A DNA stretch of 64,000 bases from Candidatus Moraniibacteriota bacterium. GTDB taxonomy: Bacteria > Patescibacteriota > Minisyncoccia > Moranbacterales > UBA2206. The DNA is taken from the NCBI GenBank assembly GCA_049297495.1, contig JBAQUL010000015.1, forward strand, positions 64,609-128,608, given 5' to 3'. Shown piece by piece: positions 24,502 through 34,143 of this stretch. Numbering within the stretch: the stretch's first letter is position 1; the number at the start of each line of letters is the position of its first letter. The notes beneath the pieces were generated by a model. That model was not told the DNA's origin. It did not search any database and saw nothing but the letters and a program-made list of their open reading frames with translations. The position numbers were made by a program, and so were the translations under genes.

Positions 24502-25317
24502 ATGGACGTCTATTTGAAAAAATTAGAAGACGAACTTAGGTTGAGGAGATATAGCCCAAGAACTATTGATTCTTATCGTACATGTGTCGCTAGCTATCTA
24601 AAGACTAAGCAAAAGGATTTTGAGATTGTTGATGTTGATTCTATAAAACAATACATATTGTCGAAAATAGATGATGGTAAGTCATCTCAGACGACCAATC
24701 AGCATTTGCAAGCGATTAACTTTTTCTGCTGGAATGTTTTGAAATTTCGTGGAAAAATCGATATTCGCTTTGCCAAGACCCCCAGTAAATTACCAATTGT
24801 ACTGTCGCGAGATGAAATTGGAGAAATATTAGCGGTAATTGCCAACGAAAAACATAATTTGATGATAGCACTGGCGTATTCTGGTGGGTTGCGGGTTAGT
24901 GAAGTCATCAACCTGAAAGTTAAGGACATCTGTTTGTCGGAGTTAGTCGTACATATCAAGGACGCAAAGGGAGGCAAGGATCGGATAACGCTTTTACCGG
25001 AAAAGCTAATTAATAATATTGAAAAAATAATTGTAGGCAAAAATCTTAACGAGTATGTTTTTGCCAGTGAGCGTGGGGGGCGATTAACCGAAAGAACCGC
25101 CCAAAAAGTTTTTGAAAACGCTCTAGAAAAAGCGGGCATCAAAAAAGAAGCTACATTTCATTCTTTGCGGCATAGCTTTGCCACGCATCTCCTGGAAAAT
25201 GGCGTCGATGTGAGATACGTGCAAGAACTACTAGGGCATGCTAATATTAGAACGACCCAGATATACACCAAGGTGACAAATCCAGCGCTAAGAAAAATTA
25301 AAAGTCCCCTAGAATAG
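24502..25317 (+). CDS. Tyrosine site-specific recombinase (XerC/XerD / phage-integrase family)
   Basis: N-terminal SAM-like core-binding domain. Catalytic residues R (LRVSE), HSLRHSFATHLL and HANIRTTQIYTKV (tyrosine). Confidence 0.85.
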   Translation: MDVYLKKLEDELRLRRYSPRTIDSYRTCVASYLKTKQKDFEIVDVDSIKQYILSKIDDGKSSQTTNQHLQAINFFCWNVLKFRGKIDIRFAKTPSKLPIVLSRDEIGEILAVIANEKHNLMIALAYSGGLRVSEVINLKVKDICLSELVVHIKDAKGGKDRITLLPEKLINNIEKIIVGKNLNEYVFASERGGRLTERTAQKVFENALEKAGIKKEATFHSLRHSFATHLLENGVDVRYVQELLGHANIRTTQIYTKVTNPALRKIKSPLE

Positions 25318-25328
25318 GCGTTAACTTT

Positions 25329-27113
25329 ATGAATAATATTAGAAATTTCTGCATAATCGCCCATATTGACCATGGAAAATCCACTTTGGCGGACCGAATG
25401 TTGGAAATAACAAAAACGGTTGAAGCGCGCAAGATGAAAGAACAACTGCTTGACCAGATGGATCTTGAGCGTGAACGGGGGATTACAATCAAAATGCAAC
25501 CAGTGCGGATGGAATATTCCGGGCATATTTTGAACTTGATTGACACTCCGGGCCATGTTGACTTTGGTTATGAGGTTTCGCGTTCGCTTGCAGCTGTTGA
25601 AGGGGCGGTAGTTTTGGTGGACGCTACAAAGGGCGTGCAGGCACAAACACTGGCTAATCTCTATCAGGCGATTGAGCATAATTTGGAAATTATTCCTGTA
25701 GCCAACAAAATTGATTTGCCTAATGCTGACGTGGAAAAAACCAAAGCGGAAATCATGCATATCATTGGCTGCAAGAAAGAAGATATTTTGGAAGTATCGG
25801 GAAAAACCGGTGAAGGCGTGGATAAACTTTTGCAGCGAATCGTGGAAGTTATTCCGGCGCCGAGTGGCGATGAAAATAAGCCATTGCGCGCACTTGTTTT
25901 TGATTCCAAGTATGATATTTATAAGGGAGTTTTGGCCTATGTACGGGTAATTGATGGAGGAATTTCAGCTGAAGAAGAAATTTTGATGTTGGCAACTGGA
26001 GCGAAAAGTGATGTGATTGAAGTGGGCTATTTCAAACCGGATTTTCAAAAAACTCCAAAATTAAAAGTCGGCGAGATTGGCTACATTGCAACCGGTTTCA
26101 AGAGTGTGGAATATTGCAAGGTTGGGGACACGGTCACAATTTCCAAATTTGAAAAACAAATTGAAAAATTGCCCGGTTATCGCGAAGTCAGCCCGATGGT
26201 TTATGCCTCTTTTTATCCAACATCTGGTGATGATTACAATTTGATGCGTGATGCTCTTTCTAAGTTGAAATTGAATGATGCTGCTTTTGTTTTTGAACCA
26301 GAGAGTAATTTGGCCCTTGGCCGTGGTTTTCGTTGTGGGTTCTTAGGACTACTTCATTTGGAAATTATCCAGGCTCGCTTGGAAGCTGAGTTTGAGTTGA
26401 GCCCAACCATCACTACCCCTGGCGTTGTTTATGAGATTCAATTGACGGGTAAAAACAAGGAAGAGCGCTTGAAGGTCTATTCACCCTCAGAATTGCCTGA
26501 CCCATCCGCGATTGAGGCTATCTTTGAGCCTTATGTTAACTTAGAGATTATTTCTCCATCAAGCTATCTGGGCGCGATTATGGAAATGATGCAAAATACA
26601 CGAGCTGAATATCTTGATACGGAATATCTCAATAGTGAGCGGATGATTTTGAAGTTTAGTTGCCCCTTGACGGATGTGATTACCAATCTGCATGACGATC
26701 TCAAAAGCGCCTCGTCTGGTTATGCTTCGATGAACTATGAACTTTCCGATTACCGGGCTAATGATTTAATTAAGCTGGATATTATAATTGCTGAAGAACG
26801 AGTGGAGGCTTTTTCGCGGATTGTGCCCAAGATTTGGGCTTTTAGTGAAGGAAAAAGGATTGTAGAAAAATTAAAAGATTCAATTCCAAGACAAAATTTT
26901 CAAATTGCTATCCAAGCTGCGATTGGTGGAAAGGTGTTGGCGCGTGAAACTGTGAAAGCTTTTCGCAAAGATGTGATTAGCGGACTTTATGGTGGAGACA
27001 TCACGCGTAAAAGAAAGCTTTTGGAAAAACAGAAAAAAGGCAAAAAGAAGATGAAAAACATCGGCAAAGTCGCCATCCCTTCCGAGGCTTTCTTAGCGGT
27101 TTTGAAGAAATAA
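25329..27113 (+). CDS. lepA: Elongation factor 4
   Basis: IRNFCIIAHIDHGKSTLADRMLE and DTPGHVDF, with a LepA C-terminal domain. Length 594 aa. Confidence 0.95.
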   Translation: MNNIRNFCIIAHIDHGKSTLADRMLEITKTVEARKMKEQLLDQMDLERERGITIKMQPVRMEYSGHILNLIDTPGHVDFGYEVSRSLAAVEGAVVLVDATKGVQAQTLANLYQAIEHNLEIIPVANKIDLPNADVEKTKAEIMHIIGCKKEDILEVSGKTGEGVDKLLQRIVEVIPAPSGDENKPLRALVFDSKYDIYKGVLAYVRVIDGGISAEEEILMLATGAKSDVIEVGYFKPDFQKTPKLKVGEIGYIATGFKSVEYCKVGDTVTISKFEKQIEKLPGYREVSPMVYASFYPTSGDDYNLMRDALSKLKLNDAAFVFEPESNLALGRGFRCGFLGLLHLEIIQARLEAEFELSPTITTPGVVYEIQLTGKNKEERLKVYSPSELPDPSAIEAIFEPYVNLEIISPSSYLGAIMEMMQNTRAEYLDTEYLNSERMILKFSCPLTDVITNLHDDLKSASSGYASMNYELSDYRANDLIKLDIIIAEERVEAFSRIVPKIWAFSEGKRIVEKLKDSIPRQNFQIAIQAAIGGKVLARETVKAFRKDVISGLYGGDITRKRKLLEKQKKGKKKMKNIGKVAIPSEAFLAVLKK

Positions 27114-27120
27114 GTAAGTT

Positions 27121-27285
27121 TCCTCTTCTCCCTTCGGGAGAGGATTAGGCATAAACTAAATTAATTTAGTTTTTACGCAATATAAAACCCTTTCCCTCAT
27201 CCGCCCTACGGGCACCCGCCTGCAACGCTTCGCGTAGCGATACGGGCAGGCCTTCTCCCGGAGGGCGAAGGGGATATGTCAAGAT
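27121..27285. repeat. GC-rich modular hairpin repeat, copy 1 (modules A, B, C)
   Basis: TCTCCC-TTCG-GGAGA, CCCTCATCCGCCC-TACG-GGCACC and CCTTCTCCC-GGA-GGGCGAAGG. Related copies at 56337-56498 and 62521-62702. Confidence 0.8.
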
Positions 27286-27320
27286 TTGTCTTGCTAATAA
27301 TAATTTGCTATAATTACGCT

Positions 27321-27440
27321 ATGAGTTTCAAAAAACGAAATAAGAAAATATATAAAATTTGGGTAGTCATTTCCATTTTAGCTGTTCTTTCGATGGTTGC
27401 CTTTACGATTGCGCCTGCGATTTCAATGTTGGGTAATTAA
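27321..27440 (+). CDS. Candidate 39-aa single-TM small protein (possibly leaderless)
   Basis: The ATG at 27321 lies 5 nt after TATAAT (27310-27315), with TTGTCT 18 nt further upstream. The product MSFKKRNKKIYKIWVVISILAVLSMVAFTIAPAISMLGN is a basic N-terminus plus one TM helix. It is below the ORF-track size cutoff. Confidence 0.3.
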   Translation: MSFKKRNKKIYKIWVVISILAVLSMVAFTIAPAISMLGN

Positions 27441-27450
27441 TCTCCTTTAT

Positions 27451-27852
27451 ATGCGAAATGATAGCGACAAAGGAAATTCGTGGCTGATTCGGATTATAGT
27501 TTTACTCGGCTGTGTGGCTGTGGTATTTATTTTTTTGGCAATTTCCAAGGAAACTTATCGAAAAAAACAAGTTCAGGATGAAATTGCAAAGCTAGAAGTT
27601 GAAGCCCGAAGGATCCAGGGGGATAACATGCATCTAGCAGACAAAATTAATTATCTTGAAGGGCGAGATTATCAAGAAAAAGAAATAAGGGATAAGTTAA
27701 ACTTGCAAGATCCCAAGGAGAACGTTGTGATTATTGATTCGGGCTTAACTCCAAAAAAAGTTGACGCGGAAGCAGTCACTGTTCCAGCTCAGGAAGTGCT
27801 CGTCAAGGCATCAAACCCGCAAAAGTGGTGGAACTATTTTTTTAAGTACTAA
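27451..27852 (+). CDS. Septum formation initiator family protein (FtsB/DivIC/FtsL-like)
   Basis: N-terminal TM, then a coiled coil (EIAKLEVEARRIQGDNMHLADKINYLE) and a short C-terminus. Confidence 0.55.
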   Translation: MRNDSDKGNSWLIRIIVLLGCVAVVFIFLAISKETYRKKQVQDEIAKLEVEARRIQGDNMHLADKINYLEGRDYQEKEIRDKLNLQDPKENVVIIDSGLTPKKVDAEAVTVPAQEVLVKASNPQKWWNYFFKY

Positions 27853-27873
27853 GTCACTGTAGTAAAATAATTT

Positions 27874-28923
27874 ATGTCAAAAGCAGAAATCGAAAAGAAA
27901 ATTAAACCACTGACAATCGCTATCGGATTGGTAATTTTTTTCGTTGCCTATCTATTGTTTATTGCGATTTTGATTTATGGTTTTAACGTTTCCAATAAAC
28001 TGACACGAAAAACCGCGCACGTCATTCCCTATCCAGCAGCTAGCTGGGGAACCAGCTATATAACCGAAGATAAGTTAAAAAGCCAGCTTGATTCAGCCAG
28101 AATGTTTTATGAAAATCAGGATTTTTCCGATCTTGGTATGCGCGTGGATTTTGCGACAGAAGATGGGAAAAAGAGATTGAGAATTAAAGAAAAGAATGTA
28201 CTCAACAAACTGATTGAAAATAAGTTGATTGAAAATGAGGCAAAAAAACGTGGTATCGCGATAAATTCTGAAGATGTTTCGCAAGCCGTTTCTCGAAAGA
28301 TGCAAGAATATGGAAGTGAAGAATATCTTAGAAGTAATTTAACGCGCCTATATGGCTGGACGATTGCGGATTTTGAGGAGAATATCGTTAAGCCCGACAT
28401 GTATAAAGAAAAGTTATTTGCCAATATTCAGGAAAATGATAAAACGCGAACTGAAGCTAAAGAGAAAATCAATCTAGCTTTAGAAGAGTTGAATGCTAAA
28501 AAAGATTTTGCTGCTGTTGCTGAAAAATATTCCGAAGGTGAGAGTGCGAAAAGCAAGGGAGAGTTAGGCTGGTTTGGCAAATCGGAAATGTTGCCAGAAA
28601 TTGCTATGATTGCATTCAATTTAAAAAAAGGCGAGAGAAGCAAAATAATCGAAAGTTCGCTCGGATTTCATATTATTCTCGTAGAAGACAAGAAGACTGA
28701 AGATGGCGCAGATAAGGTTCAACTGAAGCAAGTCTTTGTCAGGGCAAACAATTTTGCAGATTGGTTGGATGCACATGTTAAGAGTTTTGATATTCATATT
28801 TTCTCAAAAGATATGTATTGGAATAAGGCTGACGGACAGGTTGATTTTGAAAATGCAGATTTGAAAAATTTCGAAAATAATCTGGAAACAAATTCTCCTG
28901 GAGATATATCGGTGTTATTTTAA
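27874..28923 (+). CDS. Membrane-anchored parvulin-type peptidyl-prolyl isomerase (PrsA/SurA-like)
   Basis: N-terminal TM and a PpiC domain (FAAVAEKYSEGESAKSKGELGWFGKSEMLPEIAMIAFNLKKGERSKIIESSLGFHII). Confidence 0.75.
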   Translation: MSKAEIEKKIKPLTIAIGLVIFFVAYLLFIAILIYGFNVSNKLTRKTAHVIPYPAASWGTSYITEDKLKSQLDSARMFYENQDFSDLGMRVDFATEDGKKRLRIKEKNVLNKLIENKLIENEAKKRGIAINSEDVSQAVSRKMQEYGSEEYLRSNLTRLYGWTIADFEENIVKPDMYKEKLFANIQENDKTRTEAKEKINLALEELNAKKDFAAVAEKYSEGESAKSKGELGWFGKSEMLPEIAMIAFNLKKGERSKIIESSLGFHIILVEDKKTEDGADKVQLKQVFVRANNFADWLDAHVKSFDIHIFSKDMYWNKADGQVDFENADLKNFENNLETNSPGDISVLF

Positions 28924-29092
28924 ATTTACTGCAAAATCTCAAAAAGCATGATCAGTGTTTATGTTGGCACAAAATAGATTATTGCACTTTTGTATTCTTG
29001 TAAAAATTTGTAATTTAGTAGTTAATAATTAATTTTAACAATCCCAAAGTTAGCTTTAAAAAATAAAAAAGCAACTTTCGGAAAATAATAAT

Positions 29093-29272
29093 ATGGCAAA
29101 AGCAATAGTTAACGAAGATCTTTGCATTGGTTGTGGGACATGCGAATCTCTTTGTCAAAGTGTCTTTAAGATTGAAGACGGAAAATCAAAGGTTATTGCT
29201 GATGATTGCGGAGATTGTGATTGTCAGAGCGTAGTTGACAGCTGTCCGGTAAGTGCGATTTCAATCGAGTAG
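29093..29272 (+). CDS. Single-cluster [4Fe-4S] ferredoxin (Thermotoga/Pyrococcus type). No in-frame ATG; possible 1-nt indel at the start.
   Basis: ...AIVNEDLCIGCGTCESLC...DDCGDCDCQSVVDSCPVSAISIE. The only nearby ATG (29094) is in the +1 frame and stops after 4 codons. Adding one A to the GCAAAGCA run would give MAKAIVNEDL. Confidence 0.55.
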   Translation: MAKAIVNEDLCIGCGTCESLCQSVFKIEDGKSKVIADDCGDCDCQSVVDSCPVSAISIE

Positions 29273-29407
29273 TTATTTCTGATGGAAACTTTTTTCTGTT
29301 CTTTTTTAAGGTAATTAAAAAAGAACAGGCGGAATAAATTCAAAAAAATGATCTAATGCATATTAATCCTAGTGCAAAACATAACACTTAATTGAAATAA
29401 AAAAAAT

Positions 29408-30742
29408 ATGGATAATTTAGATATTACCCCTGGCGTGCCACAAGGGGAGAATAAAGTGGCGATAAAAAAAAGAGAGGGCAAGCATTCTATTTTCTTTTTT
29501 GTCTCAATAATGGTCATGGCCATTCTTATTTCTTCGCTTTTTGGAGCATTTTTTGGATTTGTAGCGGGCGGATTCGGTCAAAAAATATTTGCACAGATTT
29601 CTGAGCAATTTCCAGAGATCTTTAAATTAGACAACGATAAATCACCAACAGCTAAGCTTAACCCTATTGTCTCTCGAGAAAAGATTGTCGAAGAGGATTC
29701 TGCGGTTATCGATGTGGTGGAAAAAAGCACACCCGCCGTGGTTAGCATTATCATCAGCAAAGACATGCCAAGAATACAAAGTTTTAGCCCCTTCGATTTT
29801 TTCAATAATCCGGACTTTTTCAGTAATTTACCCAATCAAAATGACCAGCCAGACAACTCTGGAGGTGAAAGCAAGAAAGAGAAAATTGGCGCGGGAACTG
29901 GTTTCATTATAACAACCGATGGAATGATTGTGACAAATAAGCACGTTGTCTCTGACGCCGCAGCTGAGTATACAGTACTAACGAATGATGGCAAGGAGCA
30001 CGCTGCCAAAGTTTTGGCGCGCGATCCAGTAAACGACATTGCTGTTATAAAAATAGATGGAGCTGATTATCCAACGCTAAATTTTGGAGATTCTGATGGA
30101 TTAAAAATTGGTCAAACAGCCATTGCTATTGGCAATTCACTTGGTGAATTTTCCAATACTGTCAGCAAGGGAATCATATCTGGGTTGGGGAGAAATTTAA
30201 CCGCCGGAGGACGGATGGGCGACAGTGAAAAATTGACAAATATCATCCAAACTGACGCGGCAATTAATCCCGGAAACTCCGGTGGTCCGCTTTTGGACAT
30301 TCATGGCAAGGTGATTGGAATAAACGTGGCAATCGCTCAGGGGGCGCAAAATGTTGGGTTTGCACTTCCTGCTACTCAAGTAAAAAGAATTACAGAGCAA
30401 GTTAAAACAACCGGTAAGATCTCTACGCCCTATCTAGGTGTCCGCTATATCCCGATTGACAAGGCGCTACAAAAGCAAATCAATTTGCAATTTAACTATG
30501 GAGTGATGATTTTGCGTGGACAGTCAGTTCGAGATTTCGCGGTCATTCCTGGTTCGCCAGCGGATAAGGCCGGTCTTATGGAAAATGACGTGATTTTGGA
30601 ATTGAATGGAACGAAGATTGATGAGAACAATTCTCTTGTGGATCTTCTGACTAAATTTAACGTTGGTGATGAGATAACCTTGAAAATTTGGCACAAAGGT
30701 GAGACAAAAGAAGTTAAGCTTAAATTGGAAGAAAGGAGTTAA
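29408..30742 (+). CDS. HtrA/DegP-family serine protease with PDZ domain
   Basis: Membrane anchor, [19 protein letters not shown] (His), [19 protein letters not shown] (Ser), and a PDZ domain. Confidence 0.9.
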   Translation: MDNLDITPGVPQGENKVAIKKREGKHSIFFFVSIMVMAILISSLFGAFFGFVAGGFGQKIFAQISEQFPEIFKLDNDKSPTAKLNPIVSREKIVEEDSAVIDVVEKSTPAVVSIIISKDMPRIQSFSPFDFFNNPDFFSNLPNQNDQPDNSGGESKKEKIGAGTGFIITTDGMIVTNKHVVSDAAAEYTVLTNDGKEHAAKVLARDPVNDIAVIKIDGADYPTLNFGDSDGLKIGQTAIAIGNSLGEFSNTVSKGIISGLGRNLTAGGRMGDSEKLTNIIQTDAAINPGNSGGPLLDIHGKVIGINVAIAQGAQNVGFALPATQVKRITEQVKTTGKISTPYLGVRYIPIDKALQKQINLQFNYGVMILRGQSVRDFAVIPGSPADKAGLMENDVILELNGTKIDENNSLVDLLTKFNVGDEITLKIWHKGETKEVKLKLEERS

Positions 30743-30747
30743 TACCT

Positions 30748-33363
30748 ATGGATCTCAATAGATTTACAACAAAAGCACAAGTCGTACTCCAGAATGCACA
30801 AGAGCTGGCGATTATTAGTAATCAACAACAAGTTGATGTTTTTCACTTACTTTTTGCGCTCTTAGACCAGGAGGACTCTATAATTCCCGTGATCATGAAG
30901 AAGATGGAGTTGGATGAGGAAAAAATAAAGTACGACGTAACAAAGGAAATTGAAAAGTACCCGCATAATCCACCCCAGGGAATAAAACAGATATTCATTG
31001 CTCCAGAGGTTGTACTGGTTTTGAATAATGCGGAAATCGAAGCGCGAAAAAATGATGACGAATACGTTTCGACAGAACATCTCTTGCTTTCATTTTTGGC
31101 AACAAAGGGAATAATCCGAGATTTCCTTACGGCACACGGAATTAACTACGAGAACATCTTAAAAATCACAAAAGAATTGCGTGGTTCTCAAAAAATAGAT
31201 TCGCCTGATCCCGAAAATAGATTGCAAGCGCTAAAGAAGTTTACGATTGATCTGACGCAGCTGGCAAAGGACAATCTGCTTGATCCTGTGATTGGTCGAG
31301 ATGACGAAATCAGAAGAGTAATGCAAGTGCTCAGTCGACGGACAAAAAACAATCCCGTTCTAATTGGAGAAGCGGGGACGGGAAAAACCGCTATTGCGGA
31401 AGGGTTAGCTCAAAGAATTGCGGATGGTGACGTGCCGGAAACATTGAAAAATAAATCACTCATGTCTCTGGACCTGGGGTCATTAATTGCTGGCACAAAA
31501 TTTCGTGGTGAATTTGAGGAAAGGCTGAAAGCGATAATCAATGAAATTGATCGTGAGTCCGGGAAATATATTCTTTTTATTGATGAGCTCCACACTTTGG
31601 TTGGGGCTGGCGCAATTGAGGGGGCGATGGATGCCTCTAATATGCTTAAACCGGCTCTGGCGAGAGGCAAGTTGCGTATGATAGGAGCAACTACCACAAA
31701 GGAATATCAGAAATATATTGAAAAAGATGCAGCCTTCGAAAGAAGATTTCAACCAATTGTTGTGGGTGAGCCATCGATTGAAGATTCAATAGCAATTCTG
31801 CGAGGACTCAAGGAAAAATATGAGGTGCATCATGGCGTGAAAATTACTGATGCAGCCATCCAGGAGGCAGTGAAACTATCCGATCGCTATATTACCGATC
31901 GCTATCTTCCGGATAAAGCAGTAGATTTGATTGACGAAGCAACAAGCGCACTGCGCATGGAAATTGATTCGATGCCCGCAGAAATTGATTCGACTGAGCG
32001 GCTTTTGCGACGAATGGAAATTGAAAAAAAGGCACTGGAAAAAGAGAAGAATGCGGATGCCAAGAAAAAAATTCGAGAACTAAATCGTAAATTGGCGGAA
32101 ATACGAGAACAGGAGGGCAAGATATTGTTGCAGTGGAAAGCGGAAAAGGAATTAATCACCAACATTCGAAAGCATTCTGTCGAGATTGATAAACTAAAAT
32201 CTGCCGCAGAAATTGCGGAACGAAAAATGGAGCTAGACAGGGTGGCGGAGATTCGTTATGGGAAAATTCCTGAGTTGGAAAAAAAGATGCTCTTAGAAAA
32301 AAAGAAGTTGGATTTGCTGCAAGATAAGGGTGCGATTCTTAACGAAGAGGTGACTGAGGAGGATATTGCGAAAGTAGTTTCTCGCTGGACAGGAATTCCT
32401 GTTTCAAAAATTATTGAGAATGAAGCTCAGAAGTTAATTAGAATGGAAGAGGTTATTAGCAAACGAGTTGTAGGTCAAGCCGATGCCATTTCTGCCGTCG
32501 CTAACGCAATTAGGCGCTCGCGTTCCGGCATTGTGGAGGGAAAGAGACCGATCGGATCATTTATTTTTCTTGGACCAACCGGAGTTGGGAAAACAGAACT
32601 AGCCAAAGCTTTGGCAGAGTTTCTTTTTAATGATGAAAAGGCGATGGTGCGGGTAGACATGGGAGAATACATGGAATCGCATAGCACCTCGAAATTAATT
32701 GGATCACCACCTGGTTATGTTGGCTATGAAGAAGGCGGTCAACTGACTGAAATTGTTCGCCGAAAACCATACTCTGTCATTTTGTTCGATGAGATAGAAA
32801 AAGCCAATCAACAAGTATTTAACATCCTACTTCAAGTCCTTGACGAAGGGCATCTTACTGATGCAAAGGGTAGGCGAGTGAATTTCAAAAATACGGTGAT
32901 TATCATGACTTCCAATCTCGGGTCAGAGATTATTCATAAGAAAAATCTTGGTTTTCGCGAGGAAAGAGAGGATGACGTTTTGGCTGAATCTGATATGCGA
33001 CAACGTGTCTTAGTTGCACTCAAAGAGAGTTTCAAGCCGGAATTTTTAAATCGGATGGACGAAGTTATTATTTTTCATCCAATTGATCGCAAAATGCTCA
33101 GACAGATTGTTGATTTGCAACTAGCTCAAATTGAAAAAAGACTAGAGGAAAAAAAGATCAAGCTAAAATTGACACCTGCCGCAAAAGAATATTTAAGTAA
33201 AAAGGGTTATGATACCGCTTATGGCGCGCGACCCCTGAAACGTCTCATCCAAACAGAAATAATGAATGAGTTGGCGCGAATGATCATAGAAAATAAGATC
33301 AAAGAGGGGAGTAGGATTAAGATTGACTCAAGAAACGACAAGCTTATCTTTGAAATCGCGTAA
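30748..33363 (+). CDS. clpB: ATP-dependent chaperone ClpB
   Basis: Clp N-domain, two AAA+ modules (GEAGTGKTA and GPTGVGKTE) and a long middle coiled-coil. Length 871 aa. Confidence 0.93.
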   Translation: MDLNRFTTKAQVVLQNAQELAIISNQQQVDVFHLLFALLDQEDSIIPVIMKKMELDEEKIKYDVTKEIEKYPHNPPQGIKQIFIAPEVVLVLNNAEIEARKNDDEYVSTEHLLLSFLATKGIIRDFLTAHGINYENILKITKELRGSQKIDSPDPENRLQALKKFTIDLTQLAKDNLLDPVIGRDDEIRRVMQVLSRRTKNNPVLIGEAGTGKTAIAEGLAQRIADGDVPETLKNKSLMSLDLGSLIAGTKFRGEFEERLKAIINEIDRESGKYILFIDELHTLVGAGAIEGAMDASNMLKPALARGKLRMIGATTTKEYQKYIEKDAAFERRFQPIVVGEPSIEDSIAILRGLKEKYEVHHGVKITDAAIQEAVKLSDRYITDRYLPDKAVDLIDEATSALRMEIDSMPAEIDSTERLLRRMEIEKKALEKEKNADAKKKIRELNRKLAEIREQEGKILLQWKAEKELITNIRKHSVEIDKLKSAAEIAERKMELDRVAEIRYGKIPELEKKMLLEKKKLDLLQDKGAILNEEVTEEDIAKVVSRWTGIPVSKIIENEAQKLIRMEEVISKRVVGQADAISAVANAIRRSRSGIVEGKRPIGSFIFLGPTGVGKTELAKALAEFLFNDEKAMVRVDMGEYMESHSTSKLIGSPPGYVGYEEGGQLTEIVRRKPYSVILFDEIEKANQQVFNILLQVLDEGHLTDAKGRRVNFKNTVIIMTSNLGSEIIHKKNLGFREEREDDVLAESDMRQRVLVALKESFKPEFLNRMDEVIIFHPIDRKMLRQIVDLQLAQIEKRLEEKKIKLKLTPAAKEYLSKKGYDTAYGARPLKRLIQTEIMNELARMIIENKIKEGSRIKIDSRNDKLIFEIA

Positions 33364-33368
33364 AATAT

Positions 33369-34118
33369 ATGTTTCTAAAGCTACGTCCATTTTTCTATAG
33401 CCTTGTTTTTTTTCTTGGCTTGGAATTTATTATTTACATTCGCAATAGTCCGAATCTTGTTTTGTCGACAATTCTCGTGCTGCTGATTCTGTCCCTGTGG
33501 GAAGGAAGATTGATTGGTGAGAAATGGAGATTTTCCATTCTGCCAATCTTTTTCACACTCTCTTCAGCCTCTTTGTTATATCTAATAACCCTTTCCTATG
33601 AACAGCAGATCTTTATTGTACTCGCCTCTGCGATGAACTATTTGGCGCTATTTGGCGCCTATCGCCTTAGGCAATATGAAAAGGATCAGACGGCAAAGGG
33701 CATGAATATGGCAGCGTCGTCTGCTACAATTTTTTTCACTTACACCAGCGCCTATGGACTATATTTGAATTTTCTTGTTCCACTATATGTCCTAATGTTG
33801 GTATATTTTCTTAGCACTCTTTTGGTAAGTTATCAGTATTTCTCTATTATTAAAAGTGATGGGAAAAAACTCGTAATGGTTTATAGCTTCCTCCTTGGCC
33901 TGGCGATGGCGGAGATTGTTTGGGCAATGAATTTTTGGCCTTTTGGGTATTTGACCACAGGGGTAATTGCGCTTATACTTTATTATATGCTGTGGAGTAT
34001 CGTTCAGAGCTACTTTTTGAACATTTTAAGCCAAAAAAGAGCTATAATGAACGTGCTATTTTTTTCCATTTTGATTTTAATGGTTCTTTTGACTTCAAAG
34101 TGGATCCCGGTTATTTAA
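33369..34118 (+). CDS. Polytopic membrane protein (hypothetical)
   Basis: 249 aa with about 7 TM helices. Confidence 0.4.
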   Translation: MFLKLRPFFYSLVFFLGLEFIIYIRNSPNLVLSTILVLLILSLWEGRLIGEKWRFSILPIFFTLSSASLLYLITLSYEQQIFIVLASAMNYLALFGAYRLRQYEKDQTAKGMNMAASSATIFFTYTSAYGLYLNFLVPLYVLMLVYFLSTLLVSYQYFSIIKSDGKKLVMVYSFLLGLAMAEIVWAMNFWPFGYLTTGVIALILYYMLWSIVQSYFLNILSQKRAIMNVLFFSILILMVLLTSKWIPVI

Positions 34119-34143
34119 TTGATAAAACATATAACTTATACTT

